Shown piece by piece: positions 40,032-50,600 of a stretch of 64,000 nt of DNA; the first letter of the stretch is position 1; each line of letters begins with the position of its first letter. Made by a program: the position numbers and the translations under genes. The notes beneath the pieces are model-generated. The model ran no database searches, had not been told where the DNA came from, and was given only the letters and a program-made list of their open reading frames with translations. The stretch spans positions 42,970 to 106,969 of the forward strand of contig CAYGRO010000004.1 in the NCBI GenBank assembly GCA_964352335.1. Direction: 5' to 3'. Source of the DNA: an uncultured Gammaproteobacteria bacterium (lineage in GTDB: Bacteria > Patescibacteriota > Patescibacteriia > VMEV01 > CAYQCH01).

Positions 40032-40049
40032 AGAAGGAACTATTTGATG

Positions 40050-40083
40050 TAAAAATGCTCCGCTGAATGTCGGGGCATTTTTA
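40050..40083 (+). terminator. Intrinsic terminator after secY
   Basis: aaaaatgctccg / cggggcattttt. Confidence 0.75.
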
Positions 40084-40183
40084 TTGCCAAAACCTCTAAA
40101 AATGCTATAGTTTCAATACTTTACAAGGATAATCAGATATTTACTGCTTTAAGGCTATAAAAGCTTTATTGCTTTCTTAACAT

Positions 40184-40837
40184 ATGAATCAGCCAACGAT
40201 TATTATCATGGGGTCTGCAGGGTCTGGAAAAGGAACTCAAGGACAATTACTAGAAGAACAATTAGGGTATGAAATAGTAGAAGCTGGAGCGATTTTTAGA
40301 AAAACGGCTCTAATGGACACTGAGCTAGGTCGCAAAGTAAAGCACATTAATGATTCTGGTGGACATGCTGATGATGAGTTGATCACAGAGCTTATGCGTG
40401 AACATATGAAAGATCTTTCTTCTGAAACATCACTTCTGATTGATGGGTATCCTCGAACAATGGGGCAAGCTGATAGATTAGAGGCATTGTTAAAAGACTC
40501 TGGGCATAACCCTGAAAATATTGTTGCGGTATGGATTAATGTTCCACGTGAAGAAACAGAACGTCGATTATTAAATCGATCGCAATGTACTGTTTGTAAA
40601 ACAGTATTTATGACACGAGAGGTCACACAATGTCCTCACTGTAATGGAGAAGTCAAACCTCGTGATTATGATAAGCCAGAAGCAATCAAAAAACGATTAG
40701 ATTTTTTTGATGAAAAGTCGAAACCTGTTATTGAGTATTATCGGGAACAAGGAAAATTGATTGATGTAAATGGTGAACAAGAAGTTGCTCATGTCTTTGA
40801 AGAAATCAAAGAAAAACTAAAACCCTATATTAAATAG
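40184..40837 (+). CDS. adk: Adenylate kinase (Zn-type lid)
   Basis: GSAGSGKGTQ, IDGYPRT, CTVC..CPHC; between secY and map. Confidence 0.93.
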   Translation: MNQPTIIIMGSAGSGKGTQGQLLEEQLGYEIVEAGAIFRKTALMDTELGRKVKHINDSGGHADDELITELMREHMKDLSSETSLLIDGYPRTMGQADRLEALLKDSGHNPENIVAVWINVPREETERRLLNRSQCTVCKTVFMTREVTQCPHCNGEVKPRDYDKPEAIKKRLDFFDEKSKPVIEYYREQGKLIDVNGEQEVAHVFEEIKEKLKPYIK

Positions 40838-40838
40838 A

Positions 40839-40938
40839 CAAATGCAGATTAAAGACAGATTAACTCCAGACAAATACAGTCATCTGCACTAGTCTGAATC
40901 TAATCTGAACTTATCTGAACAAGTCTCTGTGAATCAGC
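40839..40938. repeat. Inverted 10/11-mer hairpin (caga/tctg), adk-map
   Basis: acaaatgcag attaaagacag attaactccag acaaatacag ... atctgcact agtctgaatct aatctgaact tatctgaaca. Confidence 0.75.
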
Positions 40939-40939
40939 T

Positions 40940-41719
40940 ATGGTCATTGTAAAAAATAAAGAGCAAATTGATGGGATTAGAAAAAGTTGCAAATTACTTG
41001 CAGAGGTTTTAGCTATGGTGGGTAAGCAAGTAAGACCAGGAGTAAGCCCAAAAGAATTAGATGTATTGGCAGAAAAATTGATTCGAGAAGCAGGAGGGAA
41101 ACCTGCTTTTAAAGGGTATAGAACAATGCCAGGTATTAAAGCATTTCCTTCTACTATTTGTGCTTCTGTTAATGATATTGTCGTTCATGGTTTTGGTGAT
41201 TCCGATGAGCCGTTAAAAGAAGGGGATATAATCGGTATTGATTGTGGGATAAATCTAAATGAGTATTATTCTGATATGGCAAAAACTTTTGCTGTTGGAA
41301 AAATTGATCCAGAAATCCAAAAAATGATGGACGTAACAGAAAAATCACTTTATAAGGGGATTGAGCAAATGAAACCAGGAGTTTCCATTCGAGCTATTTC
41401 AGCTGCAATTGAAAATCATATACAACCACATGGATATGGAATCATTAGAGGTTTTGCTGGACATGGAGTTGGGTTACAAGTTCATGAAGACCCGTGGATT
41501 CCAAATTATGTAGATGATCACTTAGAAGATAGTTTGTCTTTGGTAATGCAACCTGGTCATGTATTTGCGATTGAGCCAATGGTGACAAATGGGGGAGAAG
41601 ATGTAGAAATTCTTAGTGATGGGTGGTCAGTACAAACGGATGATCATTCTATTAGCGCTCATTTTGAGCATACTGTACTTGTTACAGAAGATGGGTATGA
41701 AATCTTAACATTATTGTGA
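40940..41719 (+). CDS. map: Methionine aminopeptidase type I
   Basis: SVNDIVVHG, GHGVG, AIEPM, AHFEHT. Confidence 0.98.
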   Translation: MVIVKNKEQIDGIRKSCKLLAEVLAMVGKQVRPGVSPKELDVLAEKLIREAGGKPAFKGYRTMPGIKAFPSTICASVNDIVVHGFGDSDEPLKEGDIIGIDCGINLNEYYSDMAKTFAVGKIDPEIQKMMDVTEKSLYKGIEQMKPGVSIRAISAAIENHIQPHGYGIIRGFAGHGVGLQVHEDPWIPNYVDDHLEDSLSLVMQPGHVFAIEPMVTNGGEDVEILSDGWSVQTDDHSISAHFEHTVLVTEDGYEILTLL

Positions 41720-41808
41720 TGCGAATCTGCGAATACATTCGAATCTACAAATCATTACATATATTTGTAGATTAGTGTTCATTCGTATATTAGCATCACA
41801 CATTCGTA
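41716..41808. repeat. Inverted cgaat/attcg repeat hairpin, map-ruvX
   Basis: gtgatgcgaatctgcgaat..cgaatctacaaat / atttgtagattag..attcgtatattagcatcac. Confidence 0.8.
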
Positions 41809-41809
41809 T

Positions 41810-42223
41810 ATGAGGTATTTAGGAGTTGATTATGGTTCAAGTTATATTGGATTAGCAATGGGAGATGATGATAGCTATTTAGCTATGGCATTTGATACCA
41901 TTTTAGAAAAAGATGTAAAAAGACAATTGTCCGTTATTGAGCAAATTGTTTTAGATGAAGATATTGATCAAGTAATTGTTGGGTATCCATTGAGTCTTGA
42001 TGGTGGAGAATCTGATCAAACAACGGAAACAATTAGTTTTATCACAGAGTTAAGTGGAAAGCTTGGTATTCCAGTTGAAAAAGAAGATGAACGACTGACT
42101 TCTCAATTTGCACAAACTCTCATCAAAGAAGCAGAAGGCTCTAGTGCTCAAGATGAACATGCGCATGCTGCTGCTTCTGTTTTACAATCCTATTTAGATC
42201 GCATGAAAAACGAAGTTTCATAA
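41810..42223 (+). CDS. ruvX: RuvX/YqgF family nuclease
   Basis: LGVDYG..IGLA, IVGYP, DERLTS. Confidence 0.92.
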   Translation: MRYLGVDYGSSYIGLAMGDDDSYLAMAFDTILEKDVKRQLSVIEQIVLDEDIDQVIVGYPLSLDGGESDQTTETISFITELSGKLGIPVEKEDERLTSQFAQTLIKEAEGSSAQDEHAHAAASVLQSYLDRMKNEVS

Positions 42224-42285
42224 ATCAGCAAGTAGGGATCATATAGCATTTATATAGAATGATCCTTGATATATGATCCCAGTTT

Positions 42286-43059
42286 ATGACATATAAAACC
42301 AAAGCCATTGTGCTCAAGAGTAAAGCTTGGCCAAGAAATGCTCGGTTATATACTTTATATTCAGAAAAATTTGGAAAAATAAAAGGCGTGGCAGCTGGGG
42401 TACAAAAAATCAAAAGTAAAGTCGCTGGTCATTTACAGCCTTTTACTATTGTTGAGGTTATGATGGCAAAAGGGCGTTCCATAGATCGACTTGCACAAAG
42501 TCGTTTTATGAAAGGTTATACTTCTTTTGGAAATGATTTCGATTCTCTTATTCGAGGATCATATGTATTAGAAATAATTGACGCATTAACCAGTGAAGGG
42601 GTAGCTGATTTTGAAATTTGGCAATTGATCGAAGAACTTTTTGAAGAATTAAATGAACAAAGTATTTGGGGAGTAGGACAATTTGATTATCATCAAAAAG
42701 AAAAATTCGATTTGCTGATTCGCTTATTTGCGCTAAAGTTATTAGATAGATTTGGTTTTTGTCCAGAATTGTATAATTGTCTAATTTGTAGAGAATTATT
42801 AAAACCAGAGGACTTATTTTTTTCTATTAGTCAAAGTGGGATGTTTTGTATTAATTGTCGGTCTGATCAATATCCTCATAAACAAGTTCCAATTGAATTA
42901 GTTAAATTGCTTCGTAGTTCATTAAAACAACCCTTAGCGCAGTTATCACGAGTCGTTGTTCCATCCGAATTACAAAAACAAACCATTGTGAATATTGATC
43001 AAATGGTCATGACACAATTACAAAAACCACTGAAAATTTTACCTTATCTTTCATCATGA
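42286..43059 (+). CDS. recO: DNA repair protein RecO
   Basis: TKAIVLK, GKIKGVAAG, HLQPF, CLIC..CINC Zn finger. Confidence 0.9.
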   Translation: MTYKTKAIVLKSKAWPRNARLYTLYSEKFGKIKGVAAGVQKIKSKVAGHLQPFTIVEVMMAKGRSIDRLAQSRFMKGYTSFGNDFDSLIRGSYVLEIIDALTSEGVADFEIWQLIEELFEELNEQSIWGVGQFDYHQKEKFDLLIRLFALKLLDRFGFCPELYNCLICRELLKPEDLFFSISQSGMFCINCRSDQYPHKQVPIELVKLLRSSLKQPLAQLSRVVVPSELQKQTIVNIDQMVMTQLQKPLKILPYLSS

Positions 43060-43114
43060 GACACGTTTCGTGATACGTGGTTCAATATGGACCATGTACC
43101 ATGACACCCATGTA
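43054..43114. repeat. Inverted heptamer hairpin (catg), recO-ndh
   Basis: tcatgag acacgtt tcgtgat acgtggt ... accatgt accatga. Confidence 0.6.
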
Positions 43115-43122
43115 CTATATTT

Positions 43123-44358
43123 ATGGCTAAACGAATTGTTATTTTAGGCGCAGGGATTGCTGGAGCAAAAGCTTTGCGATCTATTCACAAGCAATTTCAT
43201 GATGATAAGCAAACGAGTATAACCGTTGTTGATAAAAATAATTACTCTGCTTTTATCCCAATGATTCATGAATTGGCAACTGGGTCTGTGCAAGTTACTC
43301 ATTTAACACAACCAATCAGAGGACTGATTCATTGTTGTTTAGAACGTTTTATTCAAGCAGAAGTAAAAGGGATTGACCTTGATCAAAAAATTGTAAAAAC
43401 AAGCTCTGGAGAGGTCTTATATGATTATCTGGTTATTGCCATGGGGTCGACAAATAACTATTTTGGAATTCCTGGTGTAGCTGAATATGCTCTTGATTTA
43501 AAAACAATAAAAGATGCACTACGATTAAGAGAGCATATTATTTCTCGGTTTGAACAAGTTGCTCAATTATCAGCTGATGATCCGCATAGAAGAGACCTGC
43601 TTCATTTTGTTCTTATCGGTGCGGGTTATACTGGTGTAGAAACAGCAGGGCAATTAGCTGATTTATTTTCTAAAGAATTACGTGATTTATATCCTGAAGT
43701 TCAAGCCGATGAGCCAAAGATTACCATTGTGCAAGGCAATGATCGGATTTTACCAGTCTTGTCAGAAAAGAGCAGCGAAATTGCAAAAACACGATTAGAA
43801 AAATTAGGTGTAACTGTCCTTACTGGCGTACGTGCAACGGCTGTAACTCCAGAAGGGGTGAGTTTAAATAACGGAACAGTTTTACAATCACATAATGTTA
43901 TTTGGACATCTGGGGTTTTAGCTCGTGGGTTTGAGTTTTTTTCAGATGAGTATCTAGAAAAGGGGAGGGTAAAAGTAAAAGCCACATTACAAATGGAAAA
44001 ATATCCTGAAGTTTTTGCCATAGGTGATATTGCAGGTGTTATTGAAGCGGGTGGGCCACATCCTCAAACAGCTCAATCAGCTGTACAACAAGCTGCCATT
44101 ATTGGAGGTAATATTCAAAAATTATCTGATGGTGAACCTTTAACTCCATTTACTTATAATCATAAAGGAGATTTAGTTCCAATTGGCAATAGATGGGCAA
44201 TTGCAGAAATTAAAAAAGTAAAAATCACAGGTTTTATTTCTTGGTGGATTAGACGAACTGTTTATTTGATGGGAGTTATTTCCTGGTCTGATAGGCTTAG
44301 AATTGTTATCGACTGGACATTGAATCTCTTTAGTCAACGTGATACAACTAAATTATGA
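43123..44358 (+). CDS. ndh: Type II NADH dehydrogenase-like FAD oxidoreductase
   Basis: ILGAGIAG, IGAGYTGVETAG, VFAIGD, AQSAVQQ. Confidence 0.85.
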   Translation: MAKRIVILGAGIAGAKALRSIHKQFHDDKQTSITVVDKNNYSAFIPMIHELATGSVQVTHLTQPIRGLIHCCLERFIQAEVKGIDLDQKIVKTSSGEVLYDYLVIAMGSTNNYFGIPGVAEYALDLKTIKDALRLREHIISRFEQVAQLSADDPHRRDLLHFVLIGAGYTGVETAGQLADLFSKELRDLYPEVQADEPKITIVQGNDRILPVLSEKSSEIAKTRLEKLGVTVLTGVRATAVTPEGVSLNNGTVLQSHNVIWTSGVLARGFEFFSDEYLEKGRVKVKATLQMEKYPEVFAIGDIAGVIEAGGPHPQTAQSAVQQAAIIGGNIQKLSDGEPLTPFTYNHKGDLVPIGNRWAIAEIKKVKITGFISWWIRRTVYLMGVISWSDRLRIVIDWTLNLFSQRDTTKL

Positions 44359-45032
44359 AAAAAGAAAACACAGCATTAGTTATTGGTAGTGGATTAGGTA
44401 TTCTTGTTTTTGGATCCCTCTTATTTAATGTCTCAAAAGAATATAAAGAAGAAAATCCCAAACCAATAGAATATCAAGGTCAGGTAGATGCATCTGGTGA
44501 ACCAGTAGACATAGGTGCTATTGCTACAATTGGTCAATCATTCATTCAAGTAATGGCTTCTTATGACCAAGAACAAAACCAGCCAATTAAACTAATGAGC
44601 GTTAATCCTGTTAAAAATAAATGGCAAGCAAAGTATGAAGTTGAACAGGTTTTTGAAAATGATCTTTCATTAGTATATTACTATACGGTAGATATAGACC
44701 AAGGTCATGTTATTCGTCACAATGTTTCTGTTTCAGATCGTTCTAGAAGATTGCTTTTGTCTAATCCAGAACCAGATTCTATTGTTGAGCAAAAAGGGTT
44801 CACAATAAAAGGACAAGTATTTGATGAGCAAAAACAAGTTATACTTTCTGTATTTGATAAAGAAACAGGTGCTGAAATTCTAAAGGATACTATTAATGTA
44901 AATTTAGATAATGATGCCGTATACTCAAAGATAGTAACGATTACTGATAATCTTTTTGGAGATTACATTTTACAAGTATCAGATGGGCAGTCTATTGTTC
45001 AGACTGATATTGTTATTACTCAATCAAAGTAG
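44355..45032 (+). CDS. Membrane-anchored hypothetical protein
   Basis: N-terminal TM, beta-rich remainder; overlaps ndh stop (ATGA). Confidence 0.75.
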   Translation: MKKENTALVIGSGLGILVFGSLLFNVSKEYKEENPKPIEYQGQVDASGEPVDIGAIATIGQSFIQVMASYDQEQNQPIKLMSVNPVKNKWQAKYEVEQVFENDLSLVYYYTVDIDQGHVIRHNVSVSDRSRRLLLSNPEPDSIVEQKGFTIKGQVFDEQKQVILSVFDKETGAEILKDTINVNLDNDAVYSKIVTITDNLFGDYILQVSDGQSIVQTDIVITQSK

Positions 45033-45077
45033 TTTTTTGTTAGGATATTTGCATGTTTTTTGATATAATACCTTTAT

Positions 45078-45752
45078 ATGCCAACACCGACATTATTTAA
45101 ACTCACAACAGATGAGAGAAAAGCTGCCGTAGACAAGCTTGTTGATGGTGCATCACCAAATGCAGAATTCTATTTATTACTTGTCTTATCAACGGTTATT
45201 GTGACCCTAGGACTTTTAATCGATAATACGGCTGTCGTTATTGGGGGGATGTTGGTAGCTCCAATTATTTCTCCCATATTAAGTTTAGCCATGTCGATTG
45301 TGATGGCTGATTTTGATTTACTTTTTCAATCTGCCAAAGTACTTTTGATGTCGATTATTGCTGTTATGCTCATTGCATTTTTGATTAGTTTTGCCTCTAT
45401 TGGACTAGAAGTAAATTCTGAAATTGCTTCTCGAGCAGTAACATCCTCTGAATACTTTTTCGTTGCTTTAGCTGCAGGGATTGCGGCTGCATTTGCCTTT
45501 GCTCGTCCAAGTTTAAGTGAAGCTATTCCAGGTATTGCTGTTACAGTGGCTCTCTTACCACCTTTAGTAGTTTCTTTTATTGCCATCCCATTACAAAGTT
45601 TTGAGATTTTTGTCAAGTCTATGGGATTGTTTTCTTTGAATTTATTAGGTATAATATTTGCTGCAACTATTGTCTTTTCGTTAATGGGGTTTTATCGACA
45701 ACGATCAGAGGCTGTAAAGAAGCTAGAAGAAGAACTCTCTGAAAAAACTTGA
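45078..45752 (+). CDS. DUF389/TIGR00341 family membrane protein
   Basis: AVVIGGMLVAP, PGIAVTVALLPPL. Confidence 0.9.
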   Translation: MPTPTLFKLTTDERKAAVDKLVDGASPNAEFYLLLVLSTVIVTLGLLIDNTAVVIGGMLVAPIISPILSLAMSIVMADFDLLFQSAKVLLMSIIAVMLIAFLISFASIGLEVNSEIASRAVTSSEYFFVALAAGIAAAFAFARPSLSEAIPGIAVTVALLPPLVVSFIAIPLQSFEIFVKSMGLFSLNLLGIIFAATIVFSLMGFYRQRSEAVKKLEEELSEKT

Positions 45753-45843
45753 AATATTTTAGATAAAGTTGTGTATTAATAGGTGAAAATAAAGGTAATG
45801 TGCTCGTTGGTTTATTGCTAAACCAAGAACTCATTACAATCCT

Positions 45844-46497
45844 ATGTCAAAAACCAAAACAGCAATTTTGCCGAATATTTTTGAAAAGGCATTATCTCTG
45901 CACAAGATAAAGACAGCTACTATAACAAGAACATATGTAGAGATGTCAGATGAAGAACTTGTTTCTGAAGTACAAAAAGGTGACGAAAAAGCATTCGAAC
46001 ATATTGTACAAAGATATCAAGGGAAACTTTTTGCTTATATTATGCGATTAATGAATCATCGTGATGAAGCACATGATATTACGCAAGATGTTTTTCTAAA
46101 AGCGTACAAGCATATTCAACGCTTTGATACAGAAAGAAAATTCTCTTCATGGGTATATCGAATTGCTCATAATGAAACGGTCAACTGGCTCAAGAAAAAA
46201 ACGAGAGCAAAAGTGGAATCGCTCGATAGTCATGTAGAAAATGGATTCCAATTAGCAGATAACCTGAATACAGAAAAAGCATATATAAAAGAAGAAGACG
46301 GAGGAGTCGTACGCGAGGCAATAAATAGCCTGCCAGCAAAATATAAAGAAGTCATGGAATTGCGCTACTTAAAACAACAGTCCTACGAGGAGATAAGTGA
46401 AAAATTAGATAAACCAATTAATACTGTCGGAACTCTCATTAATAGGGCAAAAAAGAAATTAGCTTTGGCACTAGAGAATGCCTCCCAAACAACTTAA
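45844..46497 (+). CDS. ECF-type sigma-70 factor
   Basis: DITQDVFLKAY, FSSWVYRIAHN, SYEEIS..TVGTLINRAK. Confidence 0.93.
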   Translation: MSKTKTAILPNIFEKALSLHKIKTATITRTYVEMSDEELVSEVQKGDEKAFEHIVQRYQGKLFAYIMRLMNHRDEAHDITQDVFLKAYKHIQRFDTERKFSSWVYRIAHNETVNWLKKKTRAKVESLDSHVENGFQLADNLNTEKAYIKEEDGGVVREAINSLPAKYKEVMELRYLKQQSYEEISEKLDKPINTVGTLINRAKKKLALALENASQTT

Positions 46498-46566
46498 GGT
46501 AAGTTTGTCGCCAAATGTTTCTCGTTTATTCCATTGAATAGCGACCTCATTTGGCGATTCGTCTTT

Positions 46567-47481
46567 ATGAAGAATCGACCAACCAATAAACAATTAGAAG
46601 AGATGGTAAATCAAATCTGTGAATCAGATGATTTTGATTGCAAAGAAGCAATTATGTCTCAAATCAAAAGTGGGCGCACACAAATGCGGTCACGTTGGTT
46701 GATTTTAAGTGAAGAATTTGGTTTGCGTACAACTTGGATTCTTACGGTATTTCTTCTTATTGGGCTTGTTAATCTCATCGCCTTTATTATCAGCCGTAGC
46801 CCAGAAACAGCCTTTTTAGAATTCGGTGGTTCTGGTTTTGGGGTTGTATTAAAATCTTTTCCTTATGGTTGGTCTGCCTTAGCCATTGCCTTAATTCTTT
46901 TTACTATTGTGGCAATGAAACGTTTTTCATGGTCCTATTTATTTCCATTCAAATTATTTAGCTTTTTATTGGTTGGGGGGATATTAACAGCTGGTTCTGT
47001 TGCTTTTGCAACAGGAGTAAATGAAAGTCTTTATAATAAGCTCATTGAAAACCCAGGTTCTGGTGATTCCTTATTAGCAAAATTATATTGTCTTTGCGCT
47101 AATAGAGATTTAGATTCAGATAACGCATTAATGGGAGAAATTTTAGATGCAAATAGTGAACAAATTATTGTACAAACGCCAAAGTTAGAAGTAGTAACAA
47201 TTAATTTAACAACCACAACAGAATGGATGGATGATATTAATCCACAAACGTTTTTCACGGTAAAAGTATTGGGAGTAAGGAATGATAAAAATACTTTTAC
47301 GGCTAGCCATATTAAAGTGCATGATGTTCAGGGGATGGACTTAGTTCGTTCTCAAGAAGATTGTGAAAATAAACAGCAATGGGATCGTAAGCGCGAAATA
47401 GCCGATCAAAGAAGGAATGCTGTTATTCAACCATTTACACCTGCCATTGGAACAGCACAATTAGTTCGATCGATTTACTAA
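46567..47481 (+). CDS. Membrane protein downstream of ECF sigma (putative anti-sigma)
   Basis: Three TM segments plus beta-rich extracytoplasmic region; position next to sigma. Confidence 0.65.
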   Translation: MKNRPTNKQLEEMVNQICESDDFDCKEAIMSQIKSGRTQMRSRWLILSEEFGLRTTWILTVFLLIGLVNLIAFIISRSPETAFLEFGGSGFGVVLKSFPYGWSALAIALILFTIVAMKRFSWSYLFPFKLFSFLLVGGILTAGSVAFATGVNESLYNKLIENPGSGDSLLAKLYCLCANRDLDSDNALMGEILDANSEQIIVQTPKLEVVTINLTTTTEWMDDINPQTFFTVKVLGVRNDKNTFTASHIKVHDVQGMDLVRSQEDCENKQQWDRKREIADQRRNAVIQPFTPAIGTAQLVRSIY

Positions 47482-47483
47482 TA

Positions 47484-47589
47484 ATGATTCGAATCTACAA
47501 ATAGATCCGAATCCGCGAATGAATACTAATCTACGAATATTGTTAAAGAGGATATTTGCAGATTAGCATCACCATTCGTATTAAAATAA
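47484..47589. repeat. Inverted cgaat/attcg repeat element
   Basis: Near-copy of 58623-58731 including loop sequence aaagagg. Confidence 0.8.
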
Positions 47590-47707
47590 GAAGTGAAATA
47601 AAAAAGAAGTGAAGCAGTATTAGTGGTTGAAAGGTTGCTCCATTACCTTTCAGTCATAGCATTAATCACGTGGTGAGCAAGTCACACCCTCGGCTTGTTC
47701 ACGCAAA

Positions 47708-47755
47708 GGCAATGTCCCATTCGTCGTTTTCGGCGGATGGGATGTTGTTTTTTTC
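47708..47755 (+). terminator. Intrinsic terminator
   Basis: ggcaatgtcccattcgtcg-tttt-cggcggatgggatgttgtt then T run. Confidence 0.75.
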
Positions 47756-47839
47756 AAACAATTCGGCTTTTTTGTCAGTCACTATCAGCTTTTGCTATAC
47801 TAGTTTTACGTCCCACCATTAATGGGACTTTCATATTCT

Positions 47840-49957
47840 ATGGCTGAAGAAACATATACATTATTTCAAAAACCAGAAAACCATCATTTTCAAATTGATT
47901 ATGATAATGAGCTAAACGAAGAGCAATTAAAGGTTGTAAAAGAAGGTGATGGGCCTTGTCTTGTGCTTGCTGGAGCAGGAAGTGGAAAAACACGTACCTT
48001 GGTGTACCGTGTTGCTTATTTATTGGAAAAAGGAGTGCCTGCAGATAGAATTTTGCTCGTTACTTTTACGAATAAAGCTGCTCGAGAAATGATGGAAAGA
48101 GTAGAGCAAATTTTAGGGAAAAAACCAAAAGGTCTTTGGGGTGGGACATTCCATTCAGTTGCCAATCGATTATTACGCCAATACGGAGAAAATCTTGGTT
48201 ATACCAAGGATTTTGGAATTTTAGATAGTGATGACCAAGATAAGCTAATTGCTCAAATATATAAAGAATTACGAATTCCAAAAGAATCATATATTCCTAA
48301 GAAGCGGGTAATCAAATCTATTATTTCATTTGCGAAAAATAGCCAAGAATCTATTTCTGGAATCATTGAGAAAAATTATCCTTATCTTTTACCAGAGGTT
48401 ATTCCTTTAATCGAAAGTATTGCAACAGAATATGAATCAAAAAAACGCTATGCAAATGTCATGGACTTTGATGATATGCTTACTAATTGGTTAAAGCTTT
48501 TGCAAGAGCATCCAGATATTTCAGAAAAAGTTTGTACTAAATTTCAATATGTTTTAGTGGATGAATTTCAAGATACAAATAATGTTCAGTCTCAAATAGT
48601 ACAGCATCTAGCAAATCCACAAAGAAATATTCTGGTTGTGGGGGATGATGCGCAAAGTATTTATTCATTTCGTGCGGCAACTGTAGAAAATATTTTAAAG
48701 TTTCAACAAATTTACCCAGATGCCAAGCTATTTAAGTTGCAAGTCAATTACCGTAGTACACCTGAAATATTACAATTGGCTAATGAAAGTATTCGTAATA
48801 ATCAATTTCAATACGATAAACAATTAATAGCTGAGCGTGAGTCTTCTAAGCGCCCTGTCTTAATTGCGGCAAGAGATGCTCAACAGCAAGCTGAAATAAT
48901 TGCACAAAGAACGTTAGAGCTGAGAGATGAAGGGATGAGTTTAGACGATATCGCCGTTTTATTCCGTTCTTCCTTTCAAATTATTGAATTGGAATTAGAA
49001 CTAAATCGGCGAGGAATTCCTTATACGGTTCGTGGTGGTATGCGCTTCTTTGAACAAGCCCATATTAAAGATGTCATGGCGTATTTGCAATTACTACAAA
49101 ATCCAAAGAATGAAATTGCTTGGAGAAGAGTGTTTCAAATGTATGCTGGTATTGGTCTTGTAACTGCTACCAAAGCTTGGAATAAAATGAAAGAAAGAGA
49201 AACATTGGCGCAAATGCTTTCTGCTTTAGGTGAAATTGGTGGAAAAGGAAAAGCTGCTTCTAGTTTTGGGCGTATTCAAAGATTGTTTTTTCATTTAATG
49301 GAGGTTCGATCTAATAAAATAGGTGAACTGATTCATCGTATACTTGAGCAAAGTTATCAAATGTATGTAGAGAATACGTACGATGATGCCAAGGATCGAT
49401 TAGAAGATTTAGCTCAATTGGCAATTTTTTCTAGTAATTATACGGACCTGAATGAGTTTTTGTCAGAAGCTTCATTATCAGAAGGTTTTAAGGCGGAGCG
49501 AGCGGCAACAGCTAATGAGCCGGAAGCTGATGAAAAACTTGTTTTATCTACCATTCACCAAGCAAAGGGATTGGAGTGGGATGCCGTTTTTGCAATGGGA
49601 TTAGCAGAAGGACAGTTTCCACATTATAAGGTTGCAGAAGATGATAAACAAATGGAAGAAGAACGAAGATTGTTTTATGTAACGGTGACACGCCCAAGAA
49701 AACAATTATATTTGCTCTATCCAATTATGTCTCGCAGTTATGCAACGGGGGAGGTTATCAATCGTCCGTCAATTTTTATTCGAGAGGTAGATGAAGATTT
49801 GTTTAGAACTTGGAATATTTCAGAGATAGCAACTGAGCCTGTGATTGCACTAAAAAAAGAAGCACCCAAAAAAGTTGATATGATGTATGTTGACGAAGAA
49901 TACGAGTCAGACGATAATGAAGCTAGTAGTATTTTTGATATGATTAAGAATATTTAA
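47840..49957 (+). CDS. UvrD/PcrA-family SF1 helicase
   Basis: AGAGSGKT, VDEFQD, VGDDAQSIY, STIHQAKGLEW, EERRLFYV. Confidence 0.95.
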   Translation: MAEETYTLFQKPENHHFQIDYDNELNEEQLKVVKEGDGPCLVLAGAGSGKTRTLVYRVAYLLEKGVPADRILLVTFTNKAAREMMERVEQILGKKPKGLWGGTFHSVANRLLRQYGENLGYTKDFGILDSDDQDKLIAQIYKELRIPKESYIPKKRVIKSIISFAKNSQESISGIIEKNYPYLLPEVIPLIESIATEYESKKRYANVMDFDDMLTNWLKLLQEHPDISEKVCTKFQYVLVDEFQDTNNVQSQIVQHLANPQRNILVVGDDAQSIYSFRAATVENILKFQQIYPDAKLFKLQVNYRSTPEILQLANESIRNNQFQYDKQLIAERESSKRPVLIAARDAQQQAEIIAQRTLELRDEGMSLDDIAVLFRSSFQIIELELELNRRGIPYTVRGGMRFFEQAHIKDVMAYLQLLQNPKNEIAWRRVFQMYAGIGLVTATKAWNKMKERETLAQMLSALGEIGGKGKAASSFGRIQRLFFHLMEVRSNKIGELIHRILEQSYQMYVENTYDDAKDRLEDLAQLAIFSSNYTDLNEFLSEASLSEGFKAERAATANEPEADEKLVLSTIHQAKGLEWDAVFAMGLAEGQFPHYKVAEDDKQMEEERRLFYVTVTRPRKQLYLLYPIMSRSYATGEVINRPSIFIREVDEDLFRTWNISEIATEPVIALKKEAPKKVDMMYVDEEYESDDNEASSIFDMIKNI

Positions 49958-50017
49958 ACATGGTTCATGGGACATGAATCGTTTCTGCGCCACGCACCAC
50001 ATTCCATAATCATATAA
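49958..50017. repeat. Degenerate inverted heptamer hairpin (catg)
   Basis: acatggt tcatggg acatgaa ... gccacgc accacat tccataa. Confidence 0.5.
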
Positions 50018-50027
50018 CTCGATAATT

Positions 50028-50567
50028 ATGAAAAATCTCCTTACTATTTTGATAAGCTTGTCTTTATGTGTTCCATCTTTGGCATTGGCTCATATTGGTG
50101 GAAATGCAATTGAAGACGGTGAATATCGGATTGAATTAGGAAGTTTTCCAGAAGATGGCTTAAACCCTAATGAGACAATTATTTTTTCTGCGGTAATGGA
50201 GGATTTAGAAGCAAATCCCGTTTTTAACTCTAAAGCATGGATAAGGATTTCTCAAAATGATGAGATTTTATTTTCAAGTTCTGATTTTATAACAGAAGAT
50301 GGAACGGTTGACTTTGAATATCTCTTTGCTGATCACGGGATGTACGATATGACCATCCGCATGATAAATACAAAGAATGATGATGAAGCGACGGTAACGT
50401 TTCCATTAGAAATCGGTGACCCAAATTTAGCTGTAGAAGGAGGGCAGGTAAAACAGTTTGCTCAAAGTGGTTCAAGATTTAACTTATCTGTATTGACTCT
50501 AATTATTGGATTATTGAGTGGTGTTTTTCTTGCAAGGTATCGTCCAAAATCGAGTAAAGTTGGTTAA
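50028..50567 (+). CDS. Exported protein with C-terminal TM (possible metal-binding N-terminal His)
   Basis: Signal peptide ending ALA-H; beta-rich core; C-terminal TM plus basic tail. Confidence 0.75.
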   Translation: MKNLLTILISLSLCVPSLALAHIGGNAIEDGEYRIELGSFPEDGLNPNETIIFSAVMEDLEANPVFNSKAWIRISQNDEILFSSSDFITEDGTVDFEYLFADHGMYDMTIRMINTKNDDEATVTFPLEIGDPNLAVEGGQVKQFAQSGSRFNLSVLTLIIGLLSGVFLARYRPKSSKVG

Positions 50568-50600
50568 GAGTCGTTAAAAAATGTGAAAGCCTCCCTTTCC

